Origin: Candidatus Omnitrophota bacterium
GTDB taxonomy: Bacteria > Omnitrophota > Gorgyraeia > Zapsychrales > Fredricksoniimonadaceae
Direction of reading: 5' to 3'
Assembly (NCBI GenBank): GCA_044225175.1
Contig: JBGAJA010000001.1
Location: forward strand, 742,711-806,710
DNA length: 64,000 nt
Numbering within the stretch: the first letter of the stretch is position 1; each line of letters begins with the position of its first letter. Both the position numbers and the translations under genes were made by a program. Of this stretch, positions 29,169-38,298 are shown in pieces. The notes below the pieces were generated by a model. The model ran no database searches and had not been told where the DNA came from. It saw nothing but the letters and a program-made list of their open reading frames with translations.

Positions 29169-31053
29169 TTTTCTCAATCTCCAATTCTTTCTTAAGATTC
29201 TCAATACATTCTTTAAGCATGCGGCAATACAAATCAAAACCTATGGCCGTAATAAAACCATGCTGCTGACTTCCCAGCAAATTCCCAGCCCCTCGAATCT
29301 GTAAATCTTCAAAGGCTATGTGGAAGCCTGCCCCTAAATCACTGTGTTTCTCGATTGCTTTTAATCTATGCTTGGAAACATCTGATAGCACTTCTTTGGC
29401 TGGCACAATTAAATAAGCCCAAGCTTGAATATCTAAACGACCAACTCGTCCACGCAATTGATGTAATTCAGAAAGACCAAACTTGTCCGCCCGGTTAACA
29501 ATCAATGTGTTTGCTGTTGGGACATCAATTCCCGACTCAATAATCGTCGTACAAACCAAAACATCTATCTTTTGTTGTAAGAATTTTAACATAATTTCTT
29601 CTAAAAGACGACCACTCATTTGCCCATGAGCGATCTCTATCCTGGCTTGAGGGGCCAAGGCTTTGACTCGATTGGCAATTGTTTCAATATTGTCCACACG
29701 ATTGTGCAAAAAGAACACTTGTCCCTTACGCTTTAATTCCCTTTTAATAGCCTCTTCAATAATCTCATCATCCCATTGAATAGTCTCTGTCTTAATGGCC
29801 AATCGATTGGTAGGTGGCGTTGATATTACGGACATGTCTCTTGCTCCCGAAAGCGCCATATACAAAGTTCTTGGAATAGGAGTAGCAGAAAGCGTCAAAA
29901 CATCAGCCAAAAGCCGAAATTGCTTTAACTTTTCTTTAGATTTAACTCCAAAACGCTGTTCTTCATCAATAATCACCAATTCAAGGTTCTTAAATCCAAT
30001 ATCCTTAGACAAAAGCCTATGAGTCCCTATCACAATATCGACCTTGCCTTCCCTAAGCTCTCTAACAATAACAGCCTGCTCTGCCTTGGTTCTAAATCTT
30101 GAAAGCATTCCCACTTTAACGGGAAAATTAGCCAGACGTTTAGAGAAATTGATATAGTGCTGTTCCGCTAAGATGGTTGTTGGAACAAGGATAGCGACCT
30201 GTTTGCCATCCATCACAGCCTTAAAAGCAGCCCGCATAGCTACTTCTGTCTTACCATATCCCACATCAGCACAAATGAGCCTATCCATTGGTCTTGGGGA
30301 CTCCATATCCGCCTTAACTTCTGCGGTGGACTTTAGTTGATCAGGGGTTTCCTTAAAAGGAAATGTAGCTTCAAATTCTTTTTGATATTCTGTATCTTTA
30401 GAAAATGCAAACCCACTTAATTGAGTGCGTAATGCCTGAATACGAAGAAGTTCAGCAGCCATAAGCCGCAATCGTTTTTCAATAGACTTTCTAGTTGATT
30501 CCCACTCTTTACTTCCTAATTTATGAAGACTTGTTGAACGCTTAGTAAAAGACACATATTTTTGGACCAAATGCACGTCATGCTTAGGAACAAAAAGCTT
30601 GTCTCCATCCTTGTATTCAATAATCAAATGCTCTTTTTTCTCATTATTTAATTCAAAGTCTCTTACGCCAACGAATCTTCCAATTCCATGATTATTATGG
30701 ACAACAAAATCACCTGTTTCGATATTAACAAAATTATTTAAAGGAATTTCACTAGAGAATACGGAGTTGGAAGACGTCTTAAAGGGAAGGATAATCACAA
30801 TCTGATGGTTTTCAATGATTTGACCACTGGAAAGGTCGAAACCTGAAATAGTTCGGATCACATCATCTTCTGTGTCAAAACGTATAGGAGTTTCAAAATT
30901 GGCTGGATAAATATCAAGAATTCCCCCGCGAAGGGCGAATTCTCCTTCTTTAAAGGCTTTGGTCACACGACTATAACCAAAAACCACTAAGGATTTAAGG
31001 ACATCATCAAAATTAATATTTTGACCTACAATAAATTCTAATGATTTAAACAT
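29161..31053 (-). CDS. mfd: Transcription-repair coupling factor, short form (630 aa)
   Basis: RGGILDIY, CarD-like VVHNNHGIG, DVGYGKTEVA, DEEQRFG, QLRGRVGR, IRGAGNLLG; ends where the TRCF domain would normally begin. Confidence 0.9.
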   Translation of the reverse strand: MFKSLEFIVGQNINFDDVLKSLVVFGYSRVTKAFKEGEFALRGGILDIYPANFETPIRFDTEDDVIRTISGFDLSSGQIIENHQIVIILPFKTSSNSVFSSEIPLNNFVNIETGDFVVHNNHGIGRFVGVRDFELNNEKKEHLIIEYKDGDKLFVPKHDVHLVQKYVSFTKRSTSLHKLGSKEWESTRKSIEKRLRLMAAELLRIQALRTQLSGFAFSKDTEYQKEFEATFPFKETPDQLKSTAEVKADMESPRPMDRLICADVGYGKTEVAMRAAFKAVMDGKQVAILVPTTILAEQHYINFSKRLANFPVKVGMLSRFRTKAEQAVIVRELREGKVDIVIGTHRLLSKDIGFKNLELVIIDEEQRFGVKSKEKLKQFRLLADVLTLSATPIPRTLYMALSGARDMSVISTPPTNRLAIKTETIQWDDEIIEEAIKRELKRKGQVFFLHNRVDNIETIANRVKALAPQARIEIAHGQMSGRLLEEIMLKFLQQKIDVLVCTTIIESGIDVPTANTLIVNRADKFGLSELHQLRGRVGRLDIQAWAYLIVPAKEVLSDVSKHRLKAIEKHSDLGAGFHIAFEDLQIRGAGNLLGSQQHGFITAIGFDLYCRMLKECIENLKKELEIEKND

Positions 31054-31065
31054 ACTTTATTATAC

Positions 31066-33693
31066 TTAGCTTAAAGGAATATCCAAGAAGGTTTGTGGAC
31101 TTGCAAGTGGAACAATGCGAAGAATCATTGGCTCAATTCCTAAGAAATCCTCACCTTGAAATTGAGCCGTAAAGGCTGGAAATTTCATCTCAATATTTTT
31201 ACCTTCTTTAACAACATCTAATTCCATATTCTTTGAGCTCAAATCAACACCACCAGGATTATTAATCTTGGCAGCTTTTGAATGACTCATAGCAAAATCT
31301 ACTTTCTTACTAAAACCTTCGGGATACTGGGTTACCCCATCTTCTTCTTTTAAAATAATCTGATAAGTATTTCCTGATATTCTCTTATGGCTCAAATATT
31401 TCTCAACCAACTCTGCGAGCTCATCAAGTTTACTATTTAAATCATCAATCTCTACAAAATCATTCCACAGATCATGGGTTAAATTGTTAACTATGGAAGT
31501 CTTTATTCTATTTCTTAGTATTACCCTCTCAGCTTCTCCTATTGGTGGAGCCGTAAATCTAGAGCCTTTCAAAGATTCCGCAATACTATGAGGGTCATAT
31601 GTATCAATCCTCTCAAGCAATAATGAAATTATGTGTTGAACATCAGTCATTGACAAATTTCTTGATAAATCAAGGTTAAAATCACCAGCACCAAGAGGAC
31701 GAATAGTCAATAGATTAAGGGCTTCAAGAATATCGTCGTCTTTTACAAAGGGGAACGCACGTTTCAAGAATTTTCCAAGTTGTTCTTTAACATTTGATTT
31801 AGACATCAGCGGACTCATAGAAAAAAATTCTTTATGAGCTATATTAGCCAAAACAATACTTCTAATTTCTGCAGGGATGTCTGTACTTAGAATATAATTA
31901 GAATCTGTCTTAAAATTGATCGTATGCTTTAGTTTTTCTTGGATTCTAAAGCCCTCTATAGCTGAGCGGATGATCGTCAATATGGGGAGTTTTATGTTAC
32001 CATTGTTATTAAACAATCTTTCTCTGATAAGATTTGCTTCATCCTGAGTTTGATTCTCAAATAATCGATATCTATTATTCTGCATTTGATCAACCTTCTG
32101 CACTAAACGATCAAATAAATTACTATTTTTATAAAAGATCTTTTCTAAAAGCGGCAATCCTTCCTTATCAAGATAATCCGGGTTTTCAAAAGCCTCACGA
32201 AACAACCTGCCGATTACATCTCCTTTCTTAGCAAAACGTATAAATTGTTGAAAATCATAGAATGAAACATTTGAATTCATCGCAAAATCTTTAGATTTGT
32301 TATGTACTCTTGCCATATAGACACTAGCCATAGCCAAATCTCCATTGGCCCCCAGACTATCTTGAGAGGACGCCGTTGAAACACGCTGTAGTACATTCGG
32401 AATCCCCAAGTCTTGAGCTATGCCCCCTGAGAAGTACTTCCTAGAAATTCGCTGGTCTCGGGTTGATTCTAGATCTTCTTTGATGTAGTTAAATACGCCT
32501 TTTTTGTAGGCTTGGAGGTATTGATGGTAGATGGTTTCAACGTCAGATGGTGGGTTCCTCTGGGTCGCTTTCAGTTTCAACCCTGAGTCGCTTGGCAATG
32601 TGCTTGGGGACACGTTCCTGTTGATTTTGACCTGAACATGTCCCCTGGTCGGCGTTGTATAACCAATTCCTTCAATTTTCTTCTTATCTGCATACACCTG
32701 ATTCAATAATGTATTCTTAAGGGTTTGTTTGTACCATGTGGCTAGGATCATGGAATAGAACATTTGGCGCAAGGGGGCGAAGTTTTGGCCTTGGTTGACC
32801 TCGTTTTCTAATTCGGGCAATATGATGTCGCGGATGATTTGGTTTGCTAAGGCGTTGGGGGTGTTTCCCTGGGGTGCTTTCGCATTCAGCGCTGTCTCGC
32901 TTGGCAGCATGCTTGGGGACACGTTCTTATTGGTTTTGTAATGAACATGTCCCCTGGTTGGCGTTTGATTTTTTTCATTAGCTAGATAATCTTCCTCCAA
33001 CATCACCTTCAAATGCGCTCCAACGATATACCCTACGTTATTCCTCTCAAGAACCTTGGCTTTATCGGCTACGATCCATACTTTATTGAATGTATTCACA
33101 GGAATTTGGGTATTACCATAAAGGGCTTGGGCCTTTGCATAAACCTTGTCCCAGAATTTCTTGCCTAGGTCTTTCTCAGGATAAATTAGAGAAGCGGTTA
33201 ATTGTTTGAGGATGTAATCTTGGGCCAGCATGTCTCGGCCTAGCTCGGTGTTCCCTAGTTCTTCAGGAACTATTCTGTCTTTCTCATAGGGGGATAAATT
33301 CACCCAGAGGTCTTTTTCGGGGATAGTTAATGAGGCTAGGAAATATTTGATTAATTTGTTTGATTCGTCTTGTAGGGGTGACCCTTGCGGTCGCCCTTTT
33401 TGGACAGGGGCGAGCCCTGCCACTACGGACAATCCAGAATTCCCTGTATCCACGACGAAATCAAATAACAAAGGATTCTCTGGATGGACTTTCAGGCCTT
33501 TGATCATGACAGGCATATAGGCCTGGCTCAAAGACATCATTTCTCCAGGCACAGGCAATTGTAGGGGCGAGGTTCCCTCGCCCTTAATAGGCCTGGGAAA
33601 CCCAGCCCCTACATCAGCCCAAGTAGAGCGTGGCCCCAAAATGCCTGTAATTATGAAGCACAGGAGAATAACAACAGATGTCATTTTTTTCAT
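31066..33693 (-). CDS. Secreted scaffold+cargo protein (875 aa), paralog of 17572-26505 with a different central cargo
   Basis: Signal peptide; shares KGLKVHP, LIKYFLASLT, LWVNLSPYEK, TFNKVWIV, LKVMLEEDY, RKYFSGG and C-terminal GGVDL. Confidence 0.85.
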   Translation of the reverse strand: MKKMTSVVILLCFIITGILGPRSTWADVGAGFPRPIKGEGTSPLQLPVPGEMMSLSQAYMPVMIKGLKVHPENPLLFDFVVDTGNSGLSVVAGLAPVQKGRPQGSPLQDESNKLIKYFLASLTIPEKDLWVNLSPYEKDRIVPEELGNTELGRDMLAQDYILKQLTASLIYPEKDLGKKFWDKVYAKAQALYGNTQIPVNTFNKVWIVADKAKVLERNNVGYIVGAHLKVMLEEDYLANEKNQTPTRGHVHYKTNKNVSPSMLPSETALNAKAPQGNTPNALANQIIRDIILPELENEVNQGQNFAPLRQMFYSMILATWYKQTLKNTLLNQVYADKKKIEGIGYTTPTRGHVQVKINRNVSPSTLPSDSGLKLKATQRNPPSDVETIYHQYLQAYKKGVFNYIKEDLESTRDQRISRKYFSGGIAQDLGIPNVLQRVSTASSQDSLGANGDLAMASVYMARVHNKSKDFAMNSNVSFYDFQQFIRFAKKGDVIGRLFREAFENPDYLDKEGLPLLEKIFYKNSNLFDRLVQKVDQMQNNRYRLFENQTQDEANLIRERLFNNNGNIKLPILTIIRSAIEGFRIQEKLKHTINFKTDSNYILSTDIPAEIRSIVLANIAHKEFFSMSPLMSKSNVKEQLGKFLKRAFPFVKDDDILEALNLLTIRPLGAGDFNLDLSRNLSMTDVQHIISLLLERIDTYDPHSIAESLKGSRFTAPPIGEAERVILRNRIKTSIVNNLTHDLWNDFVEIDDLNSKLDELAELVEKYLSHKRISGNTYQIILKEEDGVTQYPEGFSKKVDFAMSHSKAAKINNPGGVDLSSKNMELDVVKEGKNIEMKFPAFTAQFQGEDFLGIEPMILRIVPLASPQTFLDIPLS
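32554..32656. repeat. 103-bp hairpin-containing repeat, copy 1 (in frame)
   Basis: Aligns without gaps to 32863-32965; contains GGGGACACGTTC...GAACATGTCCCC. Confidence 0.85.
32863..32965. repeat. 103-bp hairpin-containing repeat, copy 2 (in frame)
   Basis: Encodes TPTRGHVHYKTNKNVSPSMLPS versus TPTRGHVQVKINRNVSPSTLPS in copy 1. Confidence 0.85.
33371..33427. repeat. REP-like doublet inserted in frame
   Basis: TGTAGGGGTGACC...GGTCGCCC...CAGGG...CCCTGCCACTACG; 57 bp; encodes VVAGLAPVQKGRPQGSPLQ. Confidence 0.8.
33560..33613. repeat. REP-like doublet inserted in frame just after the signal peptide
   Basis: TGTAGGGGC...GCCCCTACA, 54 bp; encodes VGAGFPRPIKGEGTSPLQ. Confidence 0.85.
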
Positions 33694-33751
33694 GTTAGGA
33701 AAGCATAATATATAAATTAAGTATTGGCTACTTGTGGATGTCCAAAAGTCG

Positions 33752-33781
33752 AAAAAAAAGGGCCAGATTTCTCTGGCCCTT
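33752..33781 (-). terminator. Rho-independent terminator after secDF
   Basis: Minus strand AGGGCCAGAG-AAATCTGGCCC followed by a run of 8 T. Confidence 0.85.
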
Positions 33782-33794
33782 GATTAATTGTGTT

Positions 33795-36005
33795 TTACCA
33801 CTTCTTTTTGCCCTGCCACCATAAGAATAATGGTGAAACGACATAAACTGTGGAGTACGTACCCAATAAGAAACCACGGATTAAAACAACAGCAAATGTA
33901 TTCAAAACTTCGCCTCCAAAGAAATACAAAGACAAAGCTGATAGGGTTGTCATGAAAGTCGTCATAACTGTACGCCCTAATGTCTGATTGATACTTTCGT
34001 TAATGACATCAGCTAAGGGTTTATTTCGCATCTTAGGCACATTTTCACGCACACGGTCATAGATGATAATCGCATCATTAGTCGCATAACCAGTGATTGT
34101 CAAAATAGCTGTCACAACCAAAAGATCAATTTCACGCCCTAAAAGGATCAATAGTGACAACGTTAACAACACGTCATGAAAAATAGCTACAACTGTGGCT
34201 GCAGCAAACGCAAAATGTTTGAAGCGAATTCGGATATAAATCAGCATTCCCAGCAAGGCGAACACAATGGCATAAATCGCTTTAGTCCGTAAAGCTTGAC
34301 CAACAATAGGACCAACCTTCTCGATACGTAAGATTTCAAACTTATTATCCGGCATTTTCTGTTTAAGAACTTCCGCTACTTTCTCATGAGTGTCTTCATG
34401 AGTACGGATAATCACATTCTCTGGAGCCTTTGGAAATGTTTGAATCGTAGCATTCTCAATCTTTTCCTCTTTTAAAATATGACGTAATTGATCCGCCGTC
34501 ACAGGTTTGGCAAATTTGAACTCTTGGATTTGTCCACCTGCAAAATCAATACCGTAAACAGCACCTTTTTTATGAACATAATCAAAAATCCCTGCAAAAA
34601 TCACAATGGCAGAGAAAGCAAAACATATGTATTTCTTGTTAAGAAAGTTGAAATTGGTTTTCTTAAATAAATGCATCATAGGCAATGACTTGATCATTTG
34701 CCCAGCTACCATCCAATTAAAAATAGTACGTGTTACATAAATGGAACTGAATAAACTGGCAATCAACCCAGTGGATAATGTGACCGCAAAACCCTTGATT
34801 GGACCAGAGCCAAATTCAAATAGGAAGAATGCAGCAATCAATGAGGTCACATGGGAATCAAGGATGGCTGACCAAGCACGGCTGTAGCCGGTATTAATGG
34901 CGGCACTCAAAGGCTGACCATTGTCTAACTCTTCCCTAATCCGTTCATTAATAAGGACGTTAGCATCAACAGCAATACCTAAAGTTAAAATAATACCCGC
35001 AATTCCAGGAAGGGTTAATGTGACTTGGGATTCAGGAAGAAGAATATTTAAAAGCCCCATACAACCAAAAATCATAAGAAAATTAACGCCTAAAGCAACA
35101 GAGGCAATAATTCCTCCTAAGAAATAATAGATGCTCATGAAAAAAACAATGGCAATCGCCCCCAAAACAGTCGCTTTAATCCCTGCATCAATAGAATCTT
35201 TTCCTAATAAAGGACCAATGGTTCGTTCTTCTTCAACCTTCATAGGAACTGGCAAAGAACCCGTACGCAACGCTAAAGCTAAAATCGAAGCTTCTTCAAA
35301 TTTAAACTGCCCAGAGATTTCTGCACTTCCCGTTAGAATTGGTTCACGAATATTTGGAGCTGAATAAACCTCATTATCCATGATAATCGCCAAGCGCTCT
35401 CCAACATGAGATGTCGTTAAATCACCAAAATCTTTGGTTCCTTTTTCATTAAAAGTCATTGAAATCTTAGGTTGCATTCCTGTTTGGCTATCAAAATCCA
35501 CACGTGCATCCTTAATAGATTCCCCGCCCATAGCCACTTGTTTTGAAATTAAAAGAGTTTGACCTTCTTCTTTATGAACAGTTTTCAATTCAAAGCCTTC
35601 AGGAACCTTTCCTTCTAAAGCTTCTTTTAAACGAATAGGATCAGAATCGACAATGTGAAATTCTAAATGTGCCACACGGCCAATAATATCTAACGCTCTG
35701 TTACGATCTGTAACACCAGGCAATTGAACCAAAATTTGATTCTCACCCTGACGTTGTAAAAGCGTTTCTCCAACGCCTAATCCATCGATACGATTACGTA
35801 AAATTTCCATAGATCGAAGCACAGCATCATTTTTAGCTTCAGGAGTAGCTAGCTTTTCATTCTCAACTCTGAGAATCAAATGCATACCACCCTTAAGATC
35901 GAGACCTAAATTAATTCGTTTATTGATTGGATAAAGAGAAGCTAGGGAACCTGCTATGACTAGAAATATAATCAAAAATCGTTTGCGTAGAGTTGCGCTC
36001 ATCAC
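33795..36005 (-). CDS. secDF: Fused protein translocase subunit SecDF
   Basis: LGLDLKGG, GIAVDANVLINERIREE, GIDFAGG, NDAIIIYDRVREN. Confidence 0.95.
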   Translation of the reverse strand: MMSATLRKRFLIIFLVIAGSLASLYPINKRINLGLDLKGGMHLILRVENEKLATPEAKNDAVLRSMEILRNRIDGLGVGETLLQRQGENQILVQLPGVTDRNRALDIIGRVAHLEFHIVDSDPIRLKEALEGKVPEGFELKTVHKEEGQTLLISKQVAMGGESIKDARVDFDSQTGMQPKISMTFNEKGTKDFGDLTTSHVGERLAIIMDNEVYSAPNIREPILTGSAEISGQFKFEEASILALALRTGSLPVPMKVEEERTIGPLLGKDSIDAGIKATVLGAIAIVFFMSIYYFLGGIIASVALGVNFLMIFGCMGLLNILLPESQVTLTLPGIAGIILTLGIAVDANVLINERIREELDNGQPLSAAINTGYSRAWSAILDSHVTSLIAAFFLFEFGSGPIKGFAVTLSTGLIASLFSSIYVTRTIFNWMVAGQMIKSLPMMHLFKKTNFNFLNKKYICFAFSAIVIFAGIFDYVHKKGAVYGIDFAGGQIQEFKFAKPVTADQLRHILKEEKIENATIQTFPKAPENVIIRTHEDTHEKVAEVLKQKMPDNKFEILRIEKVGPIVGQALRTKAIYAIVFALLGMLIYIRIRFKHFAFAAATVVAIFHDVLLTLSLLILLGREIDLLVVTAILTITGYATNDAIIIYDRVRENVPKMRNKPLADVINESINQTLGRTVMTTFMTTLSALSLYFFGGEVLNTFAVVLIRGFLLGTYSTVYVVSPLFLWWQGKKKW

Positions 36006-36014
36006 AGGCCTTTC

Positions 36015-36311
36015 TTATTTAATTACTTCCGGCTTTATTGTTTTGGATTTAACTAAAGCGATCACTTCCTTATCGAATTCAATATCGCAATTATCATCTA
36101 CCTTTAAAACCACTGTCTTATCTTTAATATAGGTCACAGTTCCGTGAATACCTGATGCCGTCACAACTTCATCACCTTTTTTTATATTTTCTATCATTGC
36201 CTTAAGCTCTTTTTGCTTCTTTTGCTGTGGACGAATGACAAAAAAATAAAAAATACCAAAAATCGGCAAATACAAGAACAAAATTTGTGTTAAACCAGAG
36301 TCTTGAGGCAT
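36015..36311 (-). CDS. yajC: Preprotein translocase subunit YajC
   Basis: FYFFVIRPQQKKQK, KKGDEVVTASGIHG. Confidence 0.95.
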   Translation of the reverse strand: MPQDSGLTQILFLYLPIFGIFYFFVIRPQQKKQKELKAMIENIKKGDEVVTASGIHGTVTYIKDKTVVLKVDDNCDIEFDKEVIALVKSKTIKPEVIK

Positions 36312-36358
36312 GGAAAATCCTTTCAAAAATAAAAAAACAACCTGTTAAGGTTGTGATT

Positions 36359-36601
36359 TTATTTAGCTTTTTTCATTAAACTACGAACGGTATCGCTTAA
36401 TTGAGCGCCTTTGGCAACCCAGGCATTGATTTTTTCTGTGTTAAGAGAAAAAACTGCTGGTTTCTTAGCGGGATCATAATAACCTAAGATATCTAAGGTT
36501 CTTCCATCACGAGCAGCATTACGTGGAAGAGCTACAACACGCCAGTTATATGATTTATTTGATGCCTTACCTGCTTTTTGTAATCTGATTCTTACTTCCA
36601 T
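36359..36601 (-). CDS. rpsP: 30S ribosomal protein S16
   Basis: VRIRL, RDGR, LGYYDP, GAQLSDTV. Confidence 0.95.
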   Translation of the reverse strand: MEVRIRLQKAGKASNKSYNWRVVALPRNAARDGRTLDILGYYDPAKKPAVFSLNTEKINAWVAKGAQLSDTVRSLMKKAK

Positions 36602-36622
36602 TATTGTGTTTCCTTTCGGTAT

Positions 36623-36681
36623 TGTTGGGGCAGGTTCTAAACCTGCCCTTTAATTGGGTGGGTTTGGAACCCACCCCTACG
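36623..36681. repeat. Intergenic REP-like doublet (GTAG class)
   Basis: TGTTGGGGCAGGTT-CT-AAACCTGCCC...GGGTGGGTT...AACCCACCCCTACG; same architecture as the in-frame copies. Confidence 0.8.
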
Positions 36682-36682
36682 A

Positions 36683-38176
36683 TTAATGCGCCAATTCAAT
36701 CGCCCTAATCTGCGCCCGGGCTTTGTTGACTGTTTCTTGGTATTCTGTAGCTGGATTTGAGTCTGCCACCAAACCTGCTCCGGCTTGGACATAAGCTCGC
36801 CCGCGACAGACGACTATTGTACGTATAGTTATGCAAGTATCAAGGTTTTTCGAAAAACTGAAGTATCCGACCGCCCCCCCATAAGTGGCCCTTCTTTGGG
36901 CCTCTAAATCCTCAATAATCTCCATGGCACGAATTTTGGGAGCTCCGGAAAGCGTTCCAGCAGGAAATGCAGCTTGCAAGACATCTAAAGCATCTTTGTC
37001 GTCTCGGATTTGGCCTTGAACATTGCTGACAATGTGCATTACATGGGAATATTTCTCCACACTCATGAAATCCGAAATCTTGACTGTTCCCTGTTTGCAC
37101 ACACGGCCTAAATCATTGCGTCCCAAATCAACCAACATCACATGTTCAGCTTTTTCCTTAGGATCTGCTAAAAGCTCCTTTTCGAGGGCTTTGTCTTCTT
37201 CCTGGGTTTTGCCGCGATGGCGGGTCCCAGCAATTGGACGAGTCTCAACTAAGCCATCTTCACAGCGAACCAAGAGCTCTGGAGACGCTCCCACTAACTG
37301 TAAACCATCAAAATTTAGATAAAACATGTATGGAGAAGGATTTAATGCACGCAAGGCACGGTAAATATTGAATGGATCAACGGAAATTTTGGCTTCAAAA
37401 CGCTGGGATAAGACAACTTGGATAATATCGCCATCATAAATATGCTTCTTTGCCTTTACAACCATGTCTTCATACTTCTTTTGAGTACAATTGGACGTAA
37501 CTTTGAGGGATTTCTTTCCTGCCAGCTCAAGACTTTTTATGGCAATAGGCTGACGCAATTCTTTGATGAGACCATCAATCTTCTTGATTGCTTCGTTATA
37601 TTTCTTAATCTTAGTAGCCTGAGAATCACCTTTAGCTAAATGTACTGAGGAAACGACTTTGATGGTGTGATGACGATGGTCAAAGACGACCAAATCCTGA
37701 GCTAAAACCATGATCATGTCTGGAATATTCAAATCATCTTTGGCCTTAACAGGCAGACGTTCAAAGAAACGCACACAGTCATATGTTAAGAAACCAACCA
37801 TACCGCCATAAAATTTGGGTAATTGAGGGATATCAACCGCTTGATAAGCACTCATCAATTCACGGATGATTTCAAGTGGTGAAGATTGAATAGCCCTTTT
37901 TTCAGTGGTTGTCTTGCCTTTAACCACTCGAATAATTTGAGCATCTTGACCTTTAGAACGAATAATCAGCGACGGACTACGAGCTATAAAAGAGAACCGA
38001 GCGGTCTTCTCCCCGCCTTCCACAGACTCTAAGAGAAAAGAGTGCTTAGCTTTCTTAGCCAGATGCAAATAGGCAGAGGTCGGGGTCAAATAGTCCCCTA
38101 AGATTTCCTTGAAAACAGGAATCAAATTGCCCTTTTGGCTTAAATTTAGAAATTCTTCTTTTGTTAAATGATTCAT
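36683..38176 (-). CDS. trpE: Anthranilate synthase component I
   Basis: FLLESVEGG, QVVLSQR, NPSPYM, PIAGTR, AEHVMLVDLGRND, PAGTLSGAPK. Confidence 0.95.
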   Translation of the reverse strand: MNHLTKEEFLNLSQKGNLIPVFKEILGDYLTPTSAYLHLAKKAKHSFLLESVEGGEKTARFSFIARSPSLIIRSKGQDAQIIRVVKGKTTTEKRAIQSSPLEIIRELMSAYQAVDIPQLPKFYGGMVGFLTYDCVRFFERLPVKAKDDLNIPDMIMVLAQDLVVFDHRHHTIKVVSSVHLAKGDSQATKIKKYNEAIKKIDGLIKELRQPIAIKSLELAGKKSLKVTSNCTQKKYEDMVVKAKKHIYDGDIIQVVLSQRFEAKISVDPFNIYRALRALNPSPYMFYLNFDGLQLVGASPELLVRCEDGLVETRPIAGTRHRGKTQEEDKALEKELLADPKEKAEHVMLVDLGRNDLGRVCKQGTVKISDFMSVEKYSHVMHIVSNVQGQIRDDKDALDVLQAAFPAGTLSGAPKIRAMEIIEDLEAQRRATYGGAVGYFSFSKNLDTCITIRTIVVCRGRAYVQAGAGLVADSNPATEYQETVNKARAQIRAIELAH

Positions 38177-38298
38177 ATTACCTTTGTAAAATTAATAATT
38201 GTCCAATCATATATTAAATCCTGCTTTTTTCAAACACTTTTGCCCCATCCTTCATTAGTCTTATAGTAGTTAATACAACCTGTATCTTTAAGACCATA

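Noticed and set aside
32554-32965. Diverged 103-bp repeat pair as a DGR template/variable repeat
   Set aside because: Differences are not confined to adenines, both copies are in one ORF, and no reverse transcriptase is in the window.
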